DNA from: Mobula hypostoma
Taxonomy: Eukaryota
DNA length: 64,000 nucleotides
Direction: 5' to 3'
NCBI RefSeq assembly: GCF_963921235.1
Contig: NC_086097.1
Span: 25,670,001 to 25,734,000, forward strand
Shown: positions 41,130 through 53,960 of the stretch, piece by piece
How the letters are laid out: every line of letters begins with the position of its first letter
Position numbering within the stretch: position 1 is the stretch's first letter
The notes under the pieces: generated by a model
Database searches by the model: none
The model's input: only the letters and a program-made list of their open reading frames with translations
Told to the model about the DNA's origin: nothing
Made by a program: the position numbers and the translations under genes

Positions 41130-41785
41130 ACATGTAAAACCTTGACACAAACTTCTATAGATGTGCAAAGGAGAGTATATTGACTGGCTACATCACACCA
41201 ATGCCTTTGAATGGAAAATCCAACAAAAAGCAGTGGATACAGCCCAGTTCAACACAGGGAAAGCCCTCCCCATATTCAGCATATCCACACGCAGCATTGT
41301 TGCAGGGCAGTAGCATCCATCATCAGGGACAACACCCCCCCCCCACCCCAGGTCATGCTCTCTTCTCACTGCTGCCATCAGGAAGAAGGTATAGGAGCCT
41401 CAGGACTCACACCACCAGATTAAGGAACAGTTATCATCCCTCAACTGTCAGTTTTGAATCAAAGGGGATTACTTCACTCACCAAATCATTGAAATATTCC
41501 TGCAACTAATGAACTCACTTTTAAGGACTTTTCATTTCAAATTCTCTATGTTTATTGCTTATGTATTATTTTTATTTCTTTCTTTTTGTATTTGCGCAGT
41601 TTGTTGGCTTTTGCACACTATTTTAAACCCCAAGTCTGTGCGGTCTTTCATTAATTCTATTATGGTTATTATTTTATTATGGATTTATTGATTATGCCTG
41701 CAAGAAAAGGGAAATGAATCTCAGGGTTGTATACTAGTAATATATATGTACTTAAATAATAAACTTACTTTGAATTTTTAACTTT
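41130..41785 (+). mobile_element. Rex1/Babar 3' fragment
   Basis: [18 protein letters not shown] plus tail. Confidence 0.75.
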
Positions 41786-41974
41786 TAAAGCAGCCATTCA
41801 AAATGCTGTAAATATCACCCAAGCTCTCTCAGTATATCCTCCCAATTCACTGTCGGGATATCAACTCATGAACGTTTTTTTATTTCGTAATTTACAGTAG
41901 CTTTATGTCTTGCAGTCTGCTGCTACCACACAAAAAATTTTATGTGATAATAAACCTGATTTCAACAGGCTTCA

Positions 41975-43357
41975 GTGAGAACAGGCGGGGTCAAGGTAAG
42001 TAGACAAATTCATTCCTTATTTCTTTTATTTAAAAACTTAACTCTTAAGAAAATAGGGGGTAGGTCAACAGGGCCAGTGGTCTCTTCTGGGGAAGAGTGG
42101 AAGATATCGGAGATGCGCGAAATAGAAATCTTCTGGGTGATAGATGTAGGATTTCCAGGATACTACCAGCCTCCCCATTGGCCACATCTGCTCCAGGTGC
42201 ATCAAGATGGAGCTCCTTAGAGACCATGTGTTAAGGAACTGGAGCTGCAACTCAATAATCTTCGGCTTGCTAGGGAAAGTGGGGTGATAGACAGGAGCTA
42301 CAGAGAGGTAGCCACCCCAAAGTTAGAGGAGACAAATGTAAACCCTTTCAACCCTGGAATCATCCTTGTGAACCTTGTCTGGACTCCCTCTAATAACACA
42401 TCCCTCCTGGGATATGGGGCCCAAAACTGAAGACAATACTCCAAGTGCAGCCTGACTAGTGTATTATAAAGGCTCAGCATTATCTCCTTGCTTTTATATT
42501 CTACTCCCCTTGGAAATAAATGCCAACATTGCATTTGCCTTCTTTACCTCAGACTAAACCTGCAAATTAACCTTCTGGGAGTCTTGCACGAGGACTCCTA
42601 AGTCCCTCTGCACCTCTGATGTTTGAACCTTCTCCCCATTTAGTAAATAGTCCACACTATTGTTTCTTTTACCAAAATGCATTATCATACATTTCCCAAC
42701 ACTGTATTCCATCTGACACTTTTTTGCCCATTCTTCCAATTTGTCTAAGTCCTGCTGGGATAGCTTTGCTTCCTCAGCACTACCTACCCCTCCAGCTATC
42801 TTCATATCATTCGCAAAGTTTTCCACAAAGCCAACAATTCCATAATCCAAATCACTGACAATGTGAAAGGTAGCGGTCTCAATACTGACCCCTGAGGAAT
42901 ACCACTGGTCACCAGTAACCAACAAGAAAAGACCCTTTTTATTCCCACTCACTGCCTCCAACCTGTCAGCCATTCCTGAATCCATGCCAGTATCTTTCCT
43001 GTAACTCTATAGGATCTTATCATGTTAAGCAGCCTCATACGTAGCTGCTTAACAGAATGCAGGGCGATCTCATTGAAACCTACCAAATGCTGAAAGGACT
43101 AGATAGGGTGGTTGTGGAGAGGATGTTTCCTATGGTGGGATATCCAGAACTAGAGGGCACAGCCTCAAAATTGAGGGGCAACCTTTTAAAACATAGGTAA
43201 GGAGAATTTTTTTTAGCCAGAGAGTAGTGAATCTGTGGAATACTCTGCCACAGACTGAGGTACAGGCCAAGTCCATGAGTATATTTAAAGTTGAAGTTGA
43301 TAGTTTCCTGATTGGTTAGGACATGAAAGGATATGGCGAGAAGGCAGGTATATGGGT
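41975..43357. mobile_element. Cluster of CR1 fragments: ORF1 piece (+), RT piece 42335-43010 (-), 3' end 43050-43357 (+) continuing at ~48760-48865
   Basis: Peptides and DNA similar to the 17572-22428 copy. Confidence 0.75.
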
Positions 43358-44343
43358 AACACACACAAAATGCCAGAGGAACTCAGCAGGCCAGGCAGCA
43401 TCTATGGGAAAAAGAGTACAGTCAACATTTTGGGCCGAGATTCTTCAGCAGGGCTGGAGGAAAAAAGATGAGGAGTCAGAGTAAAAGGGTGGGGGAGGGG
43501 AGGGAGAAACACAAGGTGATAGGTGAAACCTGGGCGGGGGGGAGGAAATGGAGTGGTGAAGTAAAGAGTTGGGAAGTTGATTAGTGAAAGAGATACAGGG
43601 CTGGAGAAGGGGAAAATCTAACAGGAGAGGACAGAAAGCCACGGAAGACAGAAAAAGAGGGAAGAGCACAAGAGGGAAGCAATCGGCAGGCAAGGAGAGG
43701 AGGTGAGAGGGGGAAATGGGAATGGAGAATAGAAAAAAAGAGGAGGGCATTACTGGAAACTCGAGAAGTCGATGTTCAAGTCATCAGGTTGGAAGCTGCC
43801 CAGACGGAGCACAAGGAGTTGCTTCTCCAAACTGAGTGTGGCCTCATTGCAACAGTAGAGGAGGCCATGGACTGACATGTCAGAATGGGAATGGGAAGTG
43901 GAATTAAAATGGGTGGCTACTGGGTGTTCCCTCTTTTTCTTGCGGACAGAACGCAGGTGCTCGGCGAAGCAGTCCTACACCTACACCTCTACCCTCACTA
44001 CCATTCAGGGCCCCAAACAGTCCTTCCAGGTGAGGCAACACTTCACCTGTAAGTCTGTTGGAGTCATCTATTGTATCCGGTGCTCCTGCTGTGGCCTCTT
44101 GTACATCAGTGGGACCCGACATAGATTGGGAAACCGCTTCGCTGAGCACCTATGCTCCATCCACTAGAAAAAGAAGGATCTCCCAGTGTCCACCCATATT
44201 AATTCCATTTCCCAGTCCCACTCCTCTACTGTCACAAAGAGGCCATACTCAGGTTGGAGGACGAACAACTTGTATTCCGTCTGGGTAGCCTCCAACCTGA
44301 TGGCATGAACATTGACTTCTCGAACTTCCATGAATGTCTCTTC

Positions 44344-47300
44344 TTTTCTCTACCCTCAGGGTCCTCCGAGAGGGAGGGAGAATGATGGACCCAATCGGAC
44401 GGATGCAGTTAATTACAGGGAACGACTACGACCAAGAGCTAGGATAAGAGGCTCTGAGTGTCCAGTGTCTTGGTGTGGGAGAGCGTTTTCCAGCATTAAA
44501 GGTGTACGAATCCACCAAGCAGAGTTTAGGTGCTATTCCATTCCAGTGGATGAAGATGAGATTACTTCACCAAGCACAAATGATGTGGTCTTTTCAACCA
44601 CTGATTCACAAGCCACAGCGATTCGCTCTGGAGATAGGCATCATACTCCAGGTCAGACGAGAGATAACCCAGGTCAGGTTTCAGACCACAGTACCCAGGT
44701 AGATCCTTCGCATGATGGCAGTGGTGAGGAGGTAGAGAAGAAGAGGAAGGTCAAGTGGCCAGCAATGGCAGATGAGAAGGTTTGGCATGTGTTTGATGAG
44801 GATATCAGTATGATGTTGGAGAACACTCTCAGGGGAACATCAAAGAGAAAGTTGGAAGTGATAGGCGATATGATTTACAATGTTGGAAAGTACAGTTTTG
44901 ATTTGGTTGAGTTGAAGAAAGCAAAGCCTACACAGCAACCAAGCAGGCGCCAGAAGGAGATTAGTAGGTTGAGGAGAGAGCTTAGATCATTGAAACAGAG
45001 GTGGAAGGTAGCAAGTGAGGGTGACAAGCCAGGGCTTACTGATCTCCGAGAGCATTTTCGAATAAAGTTAGCATCACTCCGTTGTGCAAAGTCACAACGT
45101 AAAAAGAGAAGGAGAGAGAAGGCAAGAAATTCATTCTTTGAGAACCCTCACGAGTTCACAAAGAAACTGTTTGAACAAAGTAAGAGCGGGCAGCTTAACA
45201 TCTCTCAACAAGAACTTGAGGATCACCTGGCAAGCACTTACTCTAACGAACAGCGGAAAGCTCCTTTGATTGATATTTCAGGGCTTGTGAAGCCTACCAA
45301 ACCAGGAGTAAAGTTCGATCTGTCAGAACCCAAATTGGCAGAAGTCGAACGGTTCATCAGAAAGGCAAGGTCAGGGTCAGTGCCAGGACCTAATGGAGTG
45401 CCGTATAAGGAGTTCAAGAAATGTGAAGAGCTGAGGAAATACTTGTGGAGGTTGTTAAAGGTGGTGTGGAGACAAGGTGTTGTTCCTTTGTCACGGAGTG
45501 AGGCTGAAGGAGTATACATCCCGAAGGAAGAGAATTCTTCTACATTGAATCAGTTCCAACCAATTTCACTCCTGAATGTAGAGGGGAAGATTATGTTTGG
45601 CATTCTGGCAGAAAGAATATCTTCATTTGTGATAGAGAATGGATTAGTAGATACATCTGTGCAGAAGGCAGGAATACCAGGCTTCCCAGGCTGCCTTGAA
45701 CATTCTAGTATGATATGGCATACCATCCAGGAGTCAAAAAGGTTCAGAAGAAATCTGGCTGTAGTTTGGCTTGATCTGGCAAATGCGTATGGTTCTGTTC
45801 CCCATGTCCAGATTGAGTTTGCGATGGAATTCCTATGGATTCCTGCTAAGGTGAGGAACTTTCCGTCATGCAGTACTACAACAATTTCCGGATGAGGTTT
45901 TCCACTCAGCAGTTTACAACTAGGTGGTAGAGCTTGGATGTTGGAATCCCAATGGGATGTGCAATTTCACCCATCCTTTTTGTGTTAGCCATGGAGGTCA
46001 TTGGGAGGGCTGCAGAATCAGTGGGACCAGGTGTCGCACTTGATGGCAGAGGGGAGTTACCATCAATAAGAGCGTTCATGGACGATCTCACCCTTTTGGG
46101 TCCCAGCACGGAGGCAGTGGAAAATGAACTATCTAGACTCGAGGAGCTAATGGATTGGGGAAGAATGAAGTTCAAGACCAAGAAGTCAAGGAGCCTTGTT
46201 CTTAGGAGAGGAAAGCTGGCTGACTTTCATTTCACCCTTTGTGGAGAAGGGATTCCATCCATTCAGGACCAACCAGTTAAGAGCCTCAGGCGATGGTACA
46301 CAGAGAAGCTAAGAGACACCAAGAGGGTTCAAGAGACAGGAGAACAGATCAGCAGAGGTCTGATGTCTGTTGACAAGTGTGACTTACCTGGCAAGTTGAA
46401 GTTGTGGTGCTTGCAGTACGGACTGATGCCACAGATAACGTGGCCACTAACTGTCTGTGAAGTGGCAATGTCTCATGTTGAGGCAATGGAACGGAAGATC
46501 AACAAGTATGTGAAGAAGTGGCTTGGAGTACCGAGCAGCCTCACCAATGTTGCAATCCACAGTAGCCAGACAAAGCTTACCATCCCAGTGCAATCCCTTG
46601 TTGAAGAGGTCAAGGTTGCCAAGGTAAGATCATTCTTGATGCTTCGAGACTCAAAAGACCCTGTCATCAAGAACACCCACCCGGATGTGAGATCAGGAAG
46701 GAAGGGGTCAGCCCGTGTAGCAGTTGATGAGGCAGAGTCTAGATTGAAGCACAAGGAGATGGTTGGGGCTATCCAGCTAGGTCACCAGGGACTTGGGTGG
46801 ACAACCCACAAGTGGTGGTCATCTTCTACAGGTAAGGAGCACCGCAAGCTTGTAACACAAGAAGTACGAGAGGTAGAAGAGGAGAAGGGGTTAGCTAAAA
46901 CAGCTGGCCTGGCCAAACAAGGGGCTTGGACCCGGTGGGAAAGTGTTGAACAACGACATCTATCTTGGAATGTTCTGCAGCAGATGGAACCGCTCCACAT
47001 TTCTTTTCTATGCAGAGCAGCGTACAATCTGCTCCCAACACCTGCCAACCTCAGCACTTGGTGTGAAGATAAGACAGACAGGTGTGCTGCTTGTGGCGAG
47101 AAGGGAACACTTCAACATACTTTGAGTGCATGCAGAGTCAATCTTTCCAGCGTCATGTACACTTGGAGACATAACAATGTTCTCAAAGTCATGACAGAAG
47201 CAGTTGAGCAGAGAGTACTGCAGCACAACTTATCTCATGCCCATGCTGCACAGAACATCGTACATCATTTGTGAAAGAAGGCTCCAAGTCAAGGGTGTAC

Positions 47301-48001
47301 AGCGCAGGCTCACGATCAAGCCAATGATTGGTGTGTCAAGGCCGACCTGGACGGGAAAGGCAGTTTCCCAGAGCAAATAGCTTTCACCACATTGCGTCCA
47401 GATATAATCGTATGGTCTGACACCAGTAGAGAAGTGGTTATTGGTGAACTCACAGTCCCCTGGGTAGACAACATCGATGAAGCCCATGAGCGCAAGTTAA
47501 CCAAGTATGCAGAATTAAGATCAGAGTGCAGAGACAGAGGGTGGAAGGTCTCATGCTATCCATTTGAAGTAGGCTGCCGTGGGTTTATTGTGTTCACTTT
47601 CCAGACATGGCTGCGTGACCTTGGCTTCACTAGAAGAGAGATCAAGTCAACCAGCAGGGCTGTATCTGAGGCAGCAGAGACAGGATCAGCATGGGTGTGG
47701 ACCAAGTATGTCCAGAGGGGCAGATAGTCAGACAGTGTATACATATCTTGCAAACCCTTCAGTAGTTGCATAGACACCTGAAGAGCAGACTATCTGTTGG
47801 ATGGAAGTGACTGATAGAGGCAGATGCCAAGTTTTTAAGCTCACCAGTGGGAAGTGGTGCTTTAGCACTGCTGGCCCACCACCTCGAGGGAGTCTTGATC
47901 ATAGGCGGGCTGAAACTCCTGAAGACAGGTGGCAGATCAACTGATGATCCCACTGGTGATAGCACAGGACAGTTAACATCTTAGTCCAAGTGTATTTTTA
48001 A
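44344..48001 (+). mobile_element. HERO-like (R2-superfamily, RLE) non-LTR retrotransposon, near full-length, disrupted
   Basis: N-terminal zinc finger CPVSWC...H...C; RT PGPNG, WLDLANAYGSVPH, GCAISP, AFMDD; CCHC CAAC...H...C; RLE RPDIIV...ELTVP...KLTKY. At least two frameshifts and a stop; possible TSD ctcttc. Confidence 0.9.
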
Positions 48002-48250
48002 CTCTTCCCCATTCCCATTTCCCTCTCTCACCTCATCTCCTTGACTGCCCATCACCTCCTTCTAGTGTTCCTACCCCCTTTTCTCTCTTCCATGGACTTC
48101 TGTCTTCTCCTATAAGATTCCCCCTTTTCCAGCCCTGTATCTCTTTCACCAATCAACTTCCCAGCTAGAGGGCTACAGGTAAGCCCAGTAATTTCTAAGG
48201 TAGGGACATGTTCGGCACAACTTTGTGGGCCAAAGGGCCTGTATTGTGCT

Positions 48251-48481
48251 AACAAGAGGAATTCTGCAGATGCTGGAAATTCAAGCAACACACATCAAAG
48301 TTGCTGGTGAACGCAGCAGGCCAGGCAGCATCTCTAGGAAGAGGTACAGTTGACGTTTCAGGCCGAGACCCTTCGTCAGGGTGCAGTCCTGACGAAGGGT
48401 CTCGGCCTGAAACGTCGACTGTACCTCTTCCTAGAGATGTTGCCTGGCTTGCTGCGTTCACCAGCAACTTTGATGTGTGTT
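48251..48481. mobile_element. Fold-back Penelope-derived mini element with head-to-head hammerhead cores
   Basis: ~95-bp inverted arms with a 7-nt spacer; TSD gcctgtattgtgct at 48237-48250 and 48482-48495. Confidence 0.88.
48383..48422 (+). ncRNA. Minimal type I hammerhead ribozyme motif
   Basis: gcagtc-CTGACGA-a-gggtctcggcct-GAAA-cg-TC-gactgt; 6-bp helix I. Confidence 0.78.
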
Positions 48482-50143
48482 GCCTGTATTGTGCTGTAAG
48501 TTTTCTATGTTTCTATGTTTCCCAGCTCTTTACTTCATCTCTATCCCTCTCATTTTCACCTTTTTTGTGTTTTTCTCTCTCTCCTCCCCCCACCTTTTAA
48601 ATTTACTCATCTTTTTTTTCCTCCAGTCCTGCCGAAGGGTCTAGGTCAACTGTTTATTCATTTCCATAGATGCTGCCTGGCTTGCTGAGTTTCTCCAGCA
48701 TTTTGTGTGTGTTACTTGGATTTCCAGCATCTTCAGACTTTCTCTTGTTTACAGCAGATGCACAAGGTTGAATGGGATTCGGGATCAGCCATAATGGAAG
48801 TACAGAGCAGACTCGATGGGCTGAATAGCCTAATTCTGCTCCTATGTCTTATGGCTCTAATTATGAGTCAGGTAGATTTTTCTCTCATTGAGTCATACAG
48901 CATAAAAACAGGCCCTTCGGTCTATCACATCTACATCATCATTAAGCACAAATCTGCACTAAAACCATTTGATAAGTACAACTAATAAAGGCCAACACCC
49001 TTCAACATCAATTAGTTTGTATTTTGAAAGGTTTCCACTTACAAGGTCCAATCCCCAGATACCTGACTTGGCATGGCCATTCACTACCTACCTTTATTGT
49101 GTGGTGCTGATCCAGTGTGGGCATCGAATAAGGGCTCATTATGCTCCTCCAGCCTAAACAGCCCATGCTGATCAGTTACACCGATGTGACCAATTACCTA
49201 TTAATCCATACATCTTTGGAATGTGGGAGGAAAACAGAGCTTGCAGAATAAAGCCACATGGTCACAGGGAAAATGTACTCCTTACAAACAGCAGCAGAAA
49301 TGAACCCAGTCATGGGCACTATAATAGCGTTACATTATGCTACTGGTTTACTACTTATCAGCAGCAAATAAAACAAAGCATACAACTAAATGCTTTATTA
49401 ATAACACTTTTTCCTAGTCAAATTTATGGTAAACGATCACCGCAAAGAATGGAGAGGCGGTCGGAGGCAAGGAAGAGTTGAGGGTCAAAGCGAGCGATGA
49501 CAAGGCTGTCGAAGATCAAAGCAAGCAGGTGCGAGGCAAAATCAAGGTGAGGTCAAGGCAGATTCAAGGCAAACGGAGGTGAAGCAAACTCAGGGCAAGC
49601 AGAGACAAGGAAGAGTTGAGGCCTATTCATCTAAACCAAGGGTGAGGTTTGATTGAACTAAACGCCAGACTGATTTGCAAAGTATTGGAGCAACAATGCC
49701 CAGATCCTAGAGCCAGGAATGACCCGTTGGTTGGACAATTTAAACGCAACGCCAGATTGAAAAGGGAAGATGTTGGGACCAGAGGCGAGGGTCAGGCCAG
49801 TTCTGCTCGCTATTCCACGACGTTTACTCAGCTCAGCGGTGAACTGAGGCTGAGGCCTGCCCTGGGCTTTGTGTCTGTGGACTCACTTTCATTCTGAATG
49901 CTTTTTGTTTACTTTCATTGCTTGCGCAATTTGTTTTTTGCATCTTTTTCCTCTCTACATTGGGTGTTTGATAGTCTTCTTATTTTTATGGGTTCTTTTG
50001 TGGCTGCCTGTAAGGAGATGAATCTCAAGGTTGTATAATACATACATACATACATACTTCAGTAATAAATGTACTTTGTACTGCTCAATAGTTAACAATC
50101 TAACTAAATTAAATATTCAAAATAAAATCTCTTGGACCTTGTA

Positions 50144-52288
50144 CAGTGCCTATAAAAAGTATTCAACCCCCTTGGAAGTTTCCTTGTTTTATTATTTTAC
50201 AACATTGAATCACAGTGGATTTAATTTGGCTTTTTTGACACTGATCAACAGAAAAAGACTCGTGTCAAAGTGAAAACAGATCTCTACTAAGTGATACAAA
50301 TTAATAACAAATACAAAACACAAAATAATTAATTGCATAATATTCACCCCATTTAACATGACACACCAAACCAAATCATTACTGGTGAAGCCAACTGGTT
50401 TTAGAAGTCACATAATTAGTTAAATGGAGATCACCGTGTGCAGTCAAGGTGTTTCAATTGATTGTAGTAAAAATACACCTGTATCTGGAAGGTCCAACCA
50501 CTGGTGAGTCAGTATCCTGTCAAAAACTACACCACGAAGACAAAAGAATACTCCAAGCAACTCTGCAGAAAGGTTATTAAAAAGCACAATTCAGGAGATG
50601 GGTACAAGAAAATTTCCAAGGCACTGAATATCCCTTGGAGTACAGTTAAGTCAATCATCAAGAAATGGAAATAACATGGCACAGCTATAAATCTGCCGAG
50701 AGCAGGCCGTCCTCAAAAACTGAGTGACCGTGCGAGTGAGGGAGGCCACCAAGAGACCCATGTCAACTCTCGAGGAGCTACAAGCTTCAGTGGCTGAGAT
50801 GTAAAAGATTGCACATACAACAACTGTTACCCTGGTTCTTCACCAATCACAGCTTTATGGAAGTGTGGCAAAGAGAAAGCCACTGTTGAAAAAAAAAACT
50901 CACATGAAATCTTGGCTAGAGTTTGCAAGAAGGCATGTAGGAGACTCTGAAGAATATTCTACAGTCTGATGAAACCAAAATTGAGTTTTTTGGCCATCAG
51001 ACTAAACACCATGTCTGGCATAAGCCAAATACCGCACATCATCAAAAACACACCACCAATGAAGCATGGTGGTGGCTGCATCAGGCCCTGGAAGGCTTGT
51101 GAAAGTAGAGGGTAAAATGAATACAGCAAATTACAGGGAAATCCTGGAGGAAAACCTGATGAAGTCTGCAAGAGGACTGCAACTTGGGACAAAATTTGTT
51201 TTCTAGCAAGACAATAACCCCAAGCATAAAGCCAAAGTTACACACGAATGGCTAAAAAAACAACAAAATTAATGTTCTGAAGTGGCCAAATCAGAGTGCA
51301 CACCTCAATCCAATTGAGAATTTGTGGCTAGACTTGAAAAGGGCTGTTCATTCATGATCCCCATGCAATCTGACAGAGCTTGAGCAGTTTTGTAAAGAAT
51401 GGGGAAAAATTGCAGTGCCCAGATGTGCAAAGCTGGAAGAGACCTAGCTACACAGATTCAAGGCTGTAATTGCTGCCAAAGATACTGTTACGGTCCTGGC
51501 TGTTTATTCCTCATGTTCTTTTAATCCCCTTTTCCCGTGTTCTCCCGGTGTTCCTGATTGCGGCACACCTGAATCTCATCTAACCTGCAGCATAAATACC
51601 TAGGCTTCCCATCCACTCATGGCCAGATCATTGCTTCAGGCAGTGTGGTTGTTCATGTTCTAGGCCGCTTAGAATTGTGTATTCTAAGTTTTGTTTCCAT
51701 GCTGTTTGCCAGTGTTAACTCTGTCTCTCCGTGTTAATAGGAGCATTGCATGCCGCCTGTCTTCCCGTTCATCCTCCCGCCTGCTGTTCTCCTCAAGCCA
51801 CGCTTGCACCCTTGTCTGCATCCCTGCTCTGCCTCGTTCTGCCGCCCGCCTACACTCTCTGTTGGCTCGGTGATTAAACGCCGCACTCCCACTGCAGCAA
51901 CCCGGTCAAGCCTCACTCACTCCTCAGCTTTCCTCTGCCTAATCCTCACTCCCGGCCTTCCCTGCAACTGTTAATAAACACCCTTTAGATTACTCTACTT
52001 CCATATCTGTATCCTGCGTTTGGGTTCACCTGTTCTCTGCAACAGATACATCTACTAAATTCTGACCTGAAAAGGGTGAATACTTATTCAATCAATTATT
52101 TTCTGTTTTATATTTGTAATTAATTTAGAACATTTGCAGAGATCTCTTTTCACTTTGCCATGAAAAATTCTTTTTCTGCTGATCAGTGTCACGAAAAGCC
52201 AAATTAAATCTACTATGATTCAATGTTGCAAAAAAAATAAAACATGAAAACTTCCGGGGGGGGGGGTGAATACTTTTTATAGGCACTG
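50144..52288 (+). mobile_element. Tc1 transposon (long IR/DR-type TIRs) with decayed transposase
   Basis: ta|cagtgcctataaaaagtattc...gaatactttttataggcactg; SGDGYKKISKALNIP, SDETK, QDNNPKH, LNPIENLW. Confidence 0.92.
51486..52044 (+). mobile_element. Solo LTR (Gypsy-like) inserted in Tc1
   Basis: TGTT...AACA termini; perfect 5-bp TSD gatac; cataaata and AATAAA signals; 559 bp. Confidence 0.88.
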
Positions 52289-52448
52289 CAAGTGGAAACC
52301 TTTTAAAATACACACTAGATTGGCAAACCTAATGCTGACTGATTTGATAATGTCATGATTTTATGGAGCTAGCTAAATCTAATTCCTTAAGCATACTTGT
52401 TACTTCAGGTTATACAATAAAACTGAGCCAAATAGAAACATTTTATAC

Positions 52449-52540
52449 CTATTTCTCCTAGCTATTTCCTGGTCAACTTCTTCTCCAAGCCGTAGCTGAT
52501 CACTGCTGAGGTCCCTTAGTGACTGATGCAAGGAGTGCAC
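52449..52540 (-). CDS. CEP128: CEP128 coding exon: VHSLHQSLRDLSSDQLRLGEEVDQEIARRN(R)
   Basis: Acceptor ctttctacag| and donor |gtataa; 92 nt, phase 0 to 2. Resembles human HQSLRDLSSEQIRLG. Confidence 0.93.
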
Positions 52541-52649
52541 CTGTAGAAAGACAAGATTTCAGCAGACTGAAGTTACAAGTTAACTGCTTCATACTTTCAT
52601 GTTCAGTAATGCAAGAAGGACTTGTAACTGTACTGTATCTCTGAATAAA

Positions 52650-53960
52650 TAAAGTCAAGGATCCAGTTGCAAAAGGAGGTGCTGAATTCTAGATTTAGGA
52701 GTTTGGAGATGAGTAAGTGCCTTTACTGTCCAGATGCTCCAGAGGTGAGTGTAGGACTAGGGAGATGGCATCCGCTGTAGACCTGTTTCAGCAGTAGGTG
52801 AATTGCAGTGGGTAGAGGTTATACGGGAGGCTGGAATTGATGAGTGCCATGACCAGCCTCTCAAAACGCTTCATAATGGTGGACATCAGCACCACCACAT
52901 GGCAGTTGTTAAAAAGCTTTACCTTGTTTTCCTTAGATATTGGAATGATAGTGGTCTTCTTAAGCTAAGTGGAAACCTCAGATTGAAATGGGGTTAAATA
53001 TGTCCACAAGTGCCCCTGCCACCTAATCTGCATGAGATCTTGGGACTCCATCCAAACCAGATTTGCTTTCCACAGGCTCACTCTCTGGAAGATTGACATT
53101 ACATCTGCATTGGTGAGTGTGCGTACAGGTGCATGGGAGATTATCAGGGTGAGCGATGCCATTCCGATCCCCTTCCATTCAAAACATGCATAGAATACAT
53201 TAAGCTCATCAGGAAGGGATGCACAGTTGTCAGCAATGCTGTCTGACTTCATTTTGTAGCCCATTATAGCTTGTGAGTTATGCTGCAACTAATCTTTATG
53301 AAAAATGGAATCGTTATTATTATTATTATAATAACTGATGGCTGGTCTGGTGTTGTCTCTTGGCATCCCTGATAGCTTTACGAAGGTTATACCAAGGTTT
53401 TACGAAGGTTAAGTATAAAGTTTATCTCAATTTTTTGTAAAGCTCAAGGTCACCTGATTTGAATGCCCAGACCTAGGCTTCAATAGGGTAGTGGATCTCC
53501 TGTTTCATCCATTTTTTCTGGTTTGGAAACACCCGGATTGTCCTCTTTGGTACACAGACCTCATAATACTTACTGATAAAACCCATGATGGTAGTGACAT
53601 ACACATCTAGGCAGAGTGTTGTGTTTGAACATGGAGCAGTCTATCAGCTCAGAGCAATCACGTAGAAGCTCATCTGTTTCCTCAGAGCAGCACCATGCGA
53701 CTTTCTGTACTAGTCCTCACATTTCAGCTTCTGTTTGAATCCAGGGAGAAGGAGCATAGCCCGATGATCTAATTTACCAAACTGTGGGCAGGGGGTGGCT
53801 CCGTAAGCAACTCTGATAGTTGTGTAGCAATGTCAAGGGATAGAAGACATGCTGATAGTATTTTGGTAAAGCACTCTCGAAGTTGACCTGGTTAAAGTTA
53901 CTGGCAATGATGCAGATGGCCTCAGGGTGTCCTATTTCAAGGCTGTTGTCCAAAGGGTAT
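52650..53960 (-). mobile_element. Decayed Rex1/Babar fragment
   Basis: ASLPDELNVFYACFE; ASNFNQVNF. Confidence 0.7.

Larger units (their letters stand above)
43358..48750. mobile_element. Penelope-like inverted-arm remnant (43358-44343 and 48002-48750) with GIY-YIG fragment, hosting nested insertions
   Basis: FTCKSVGVIYCIRCSCCGLLYISGTRHRLGNRFAEH at ~43990-44167; left and right arms are reverse complements. Confidence 0.85.

Noticed and set aside
47905..47955. Hammerhead in the HERO-like 3' UTR (GAAA and CTGATGA present)
   Set aside because: The required helices II and III and the UH site cannot be formed in any canonical permutation.
48249..48600. Near-identical peptides on both strands
   Set aside because: A by-product of the palindrome; no coding evidence.
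49440..50080. caaggc-rich segment as a gene fragment
   Set aside because: Ends in a Rex1-type tail (gaatctcaaggttgtata...aataaa); likely a non-autonomous repeat with no credible ORF.
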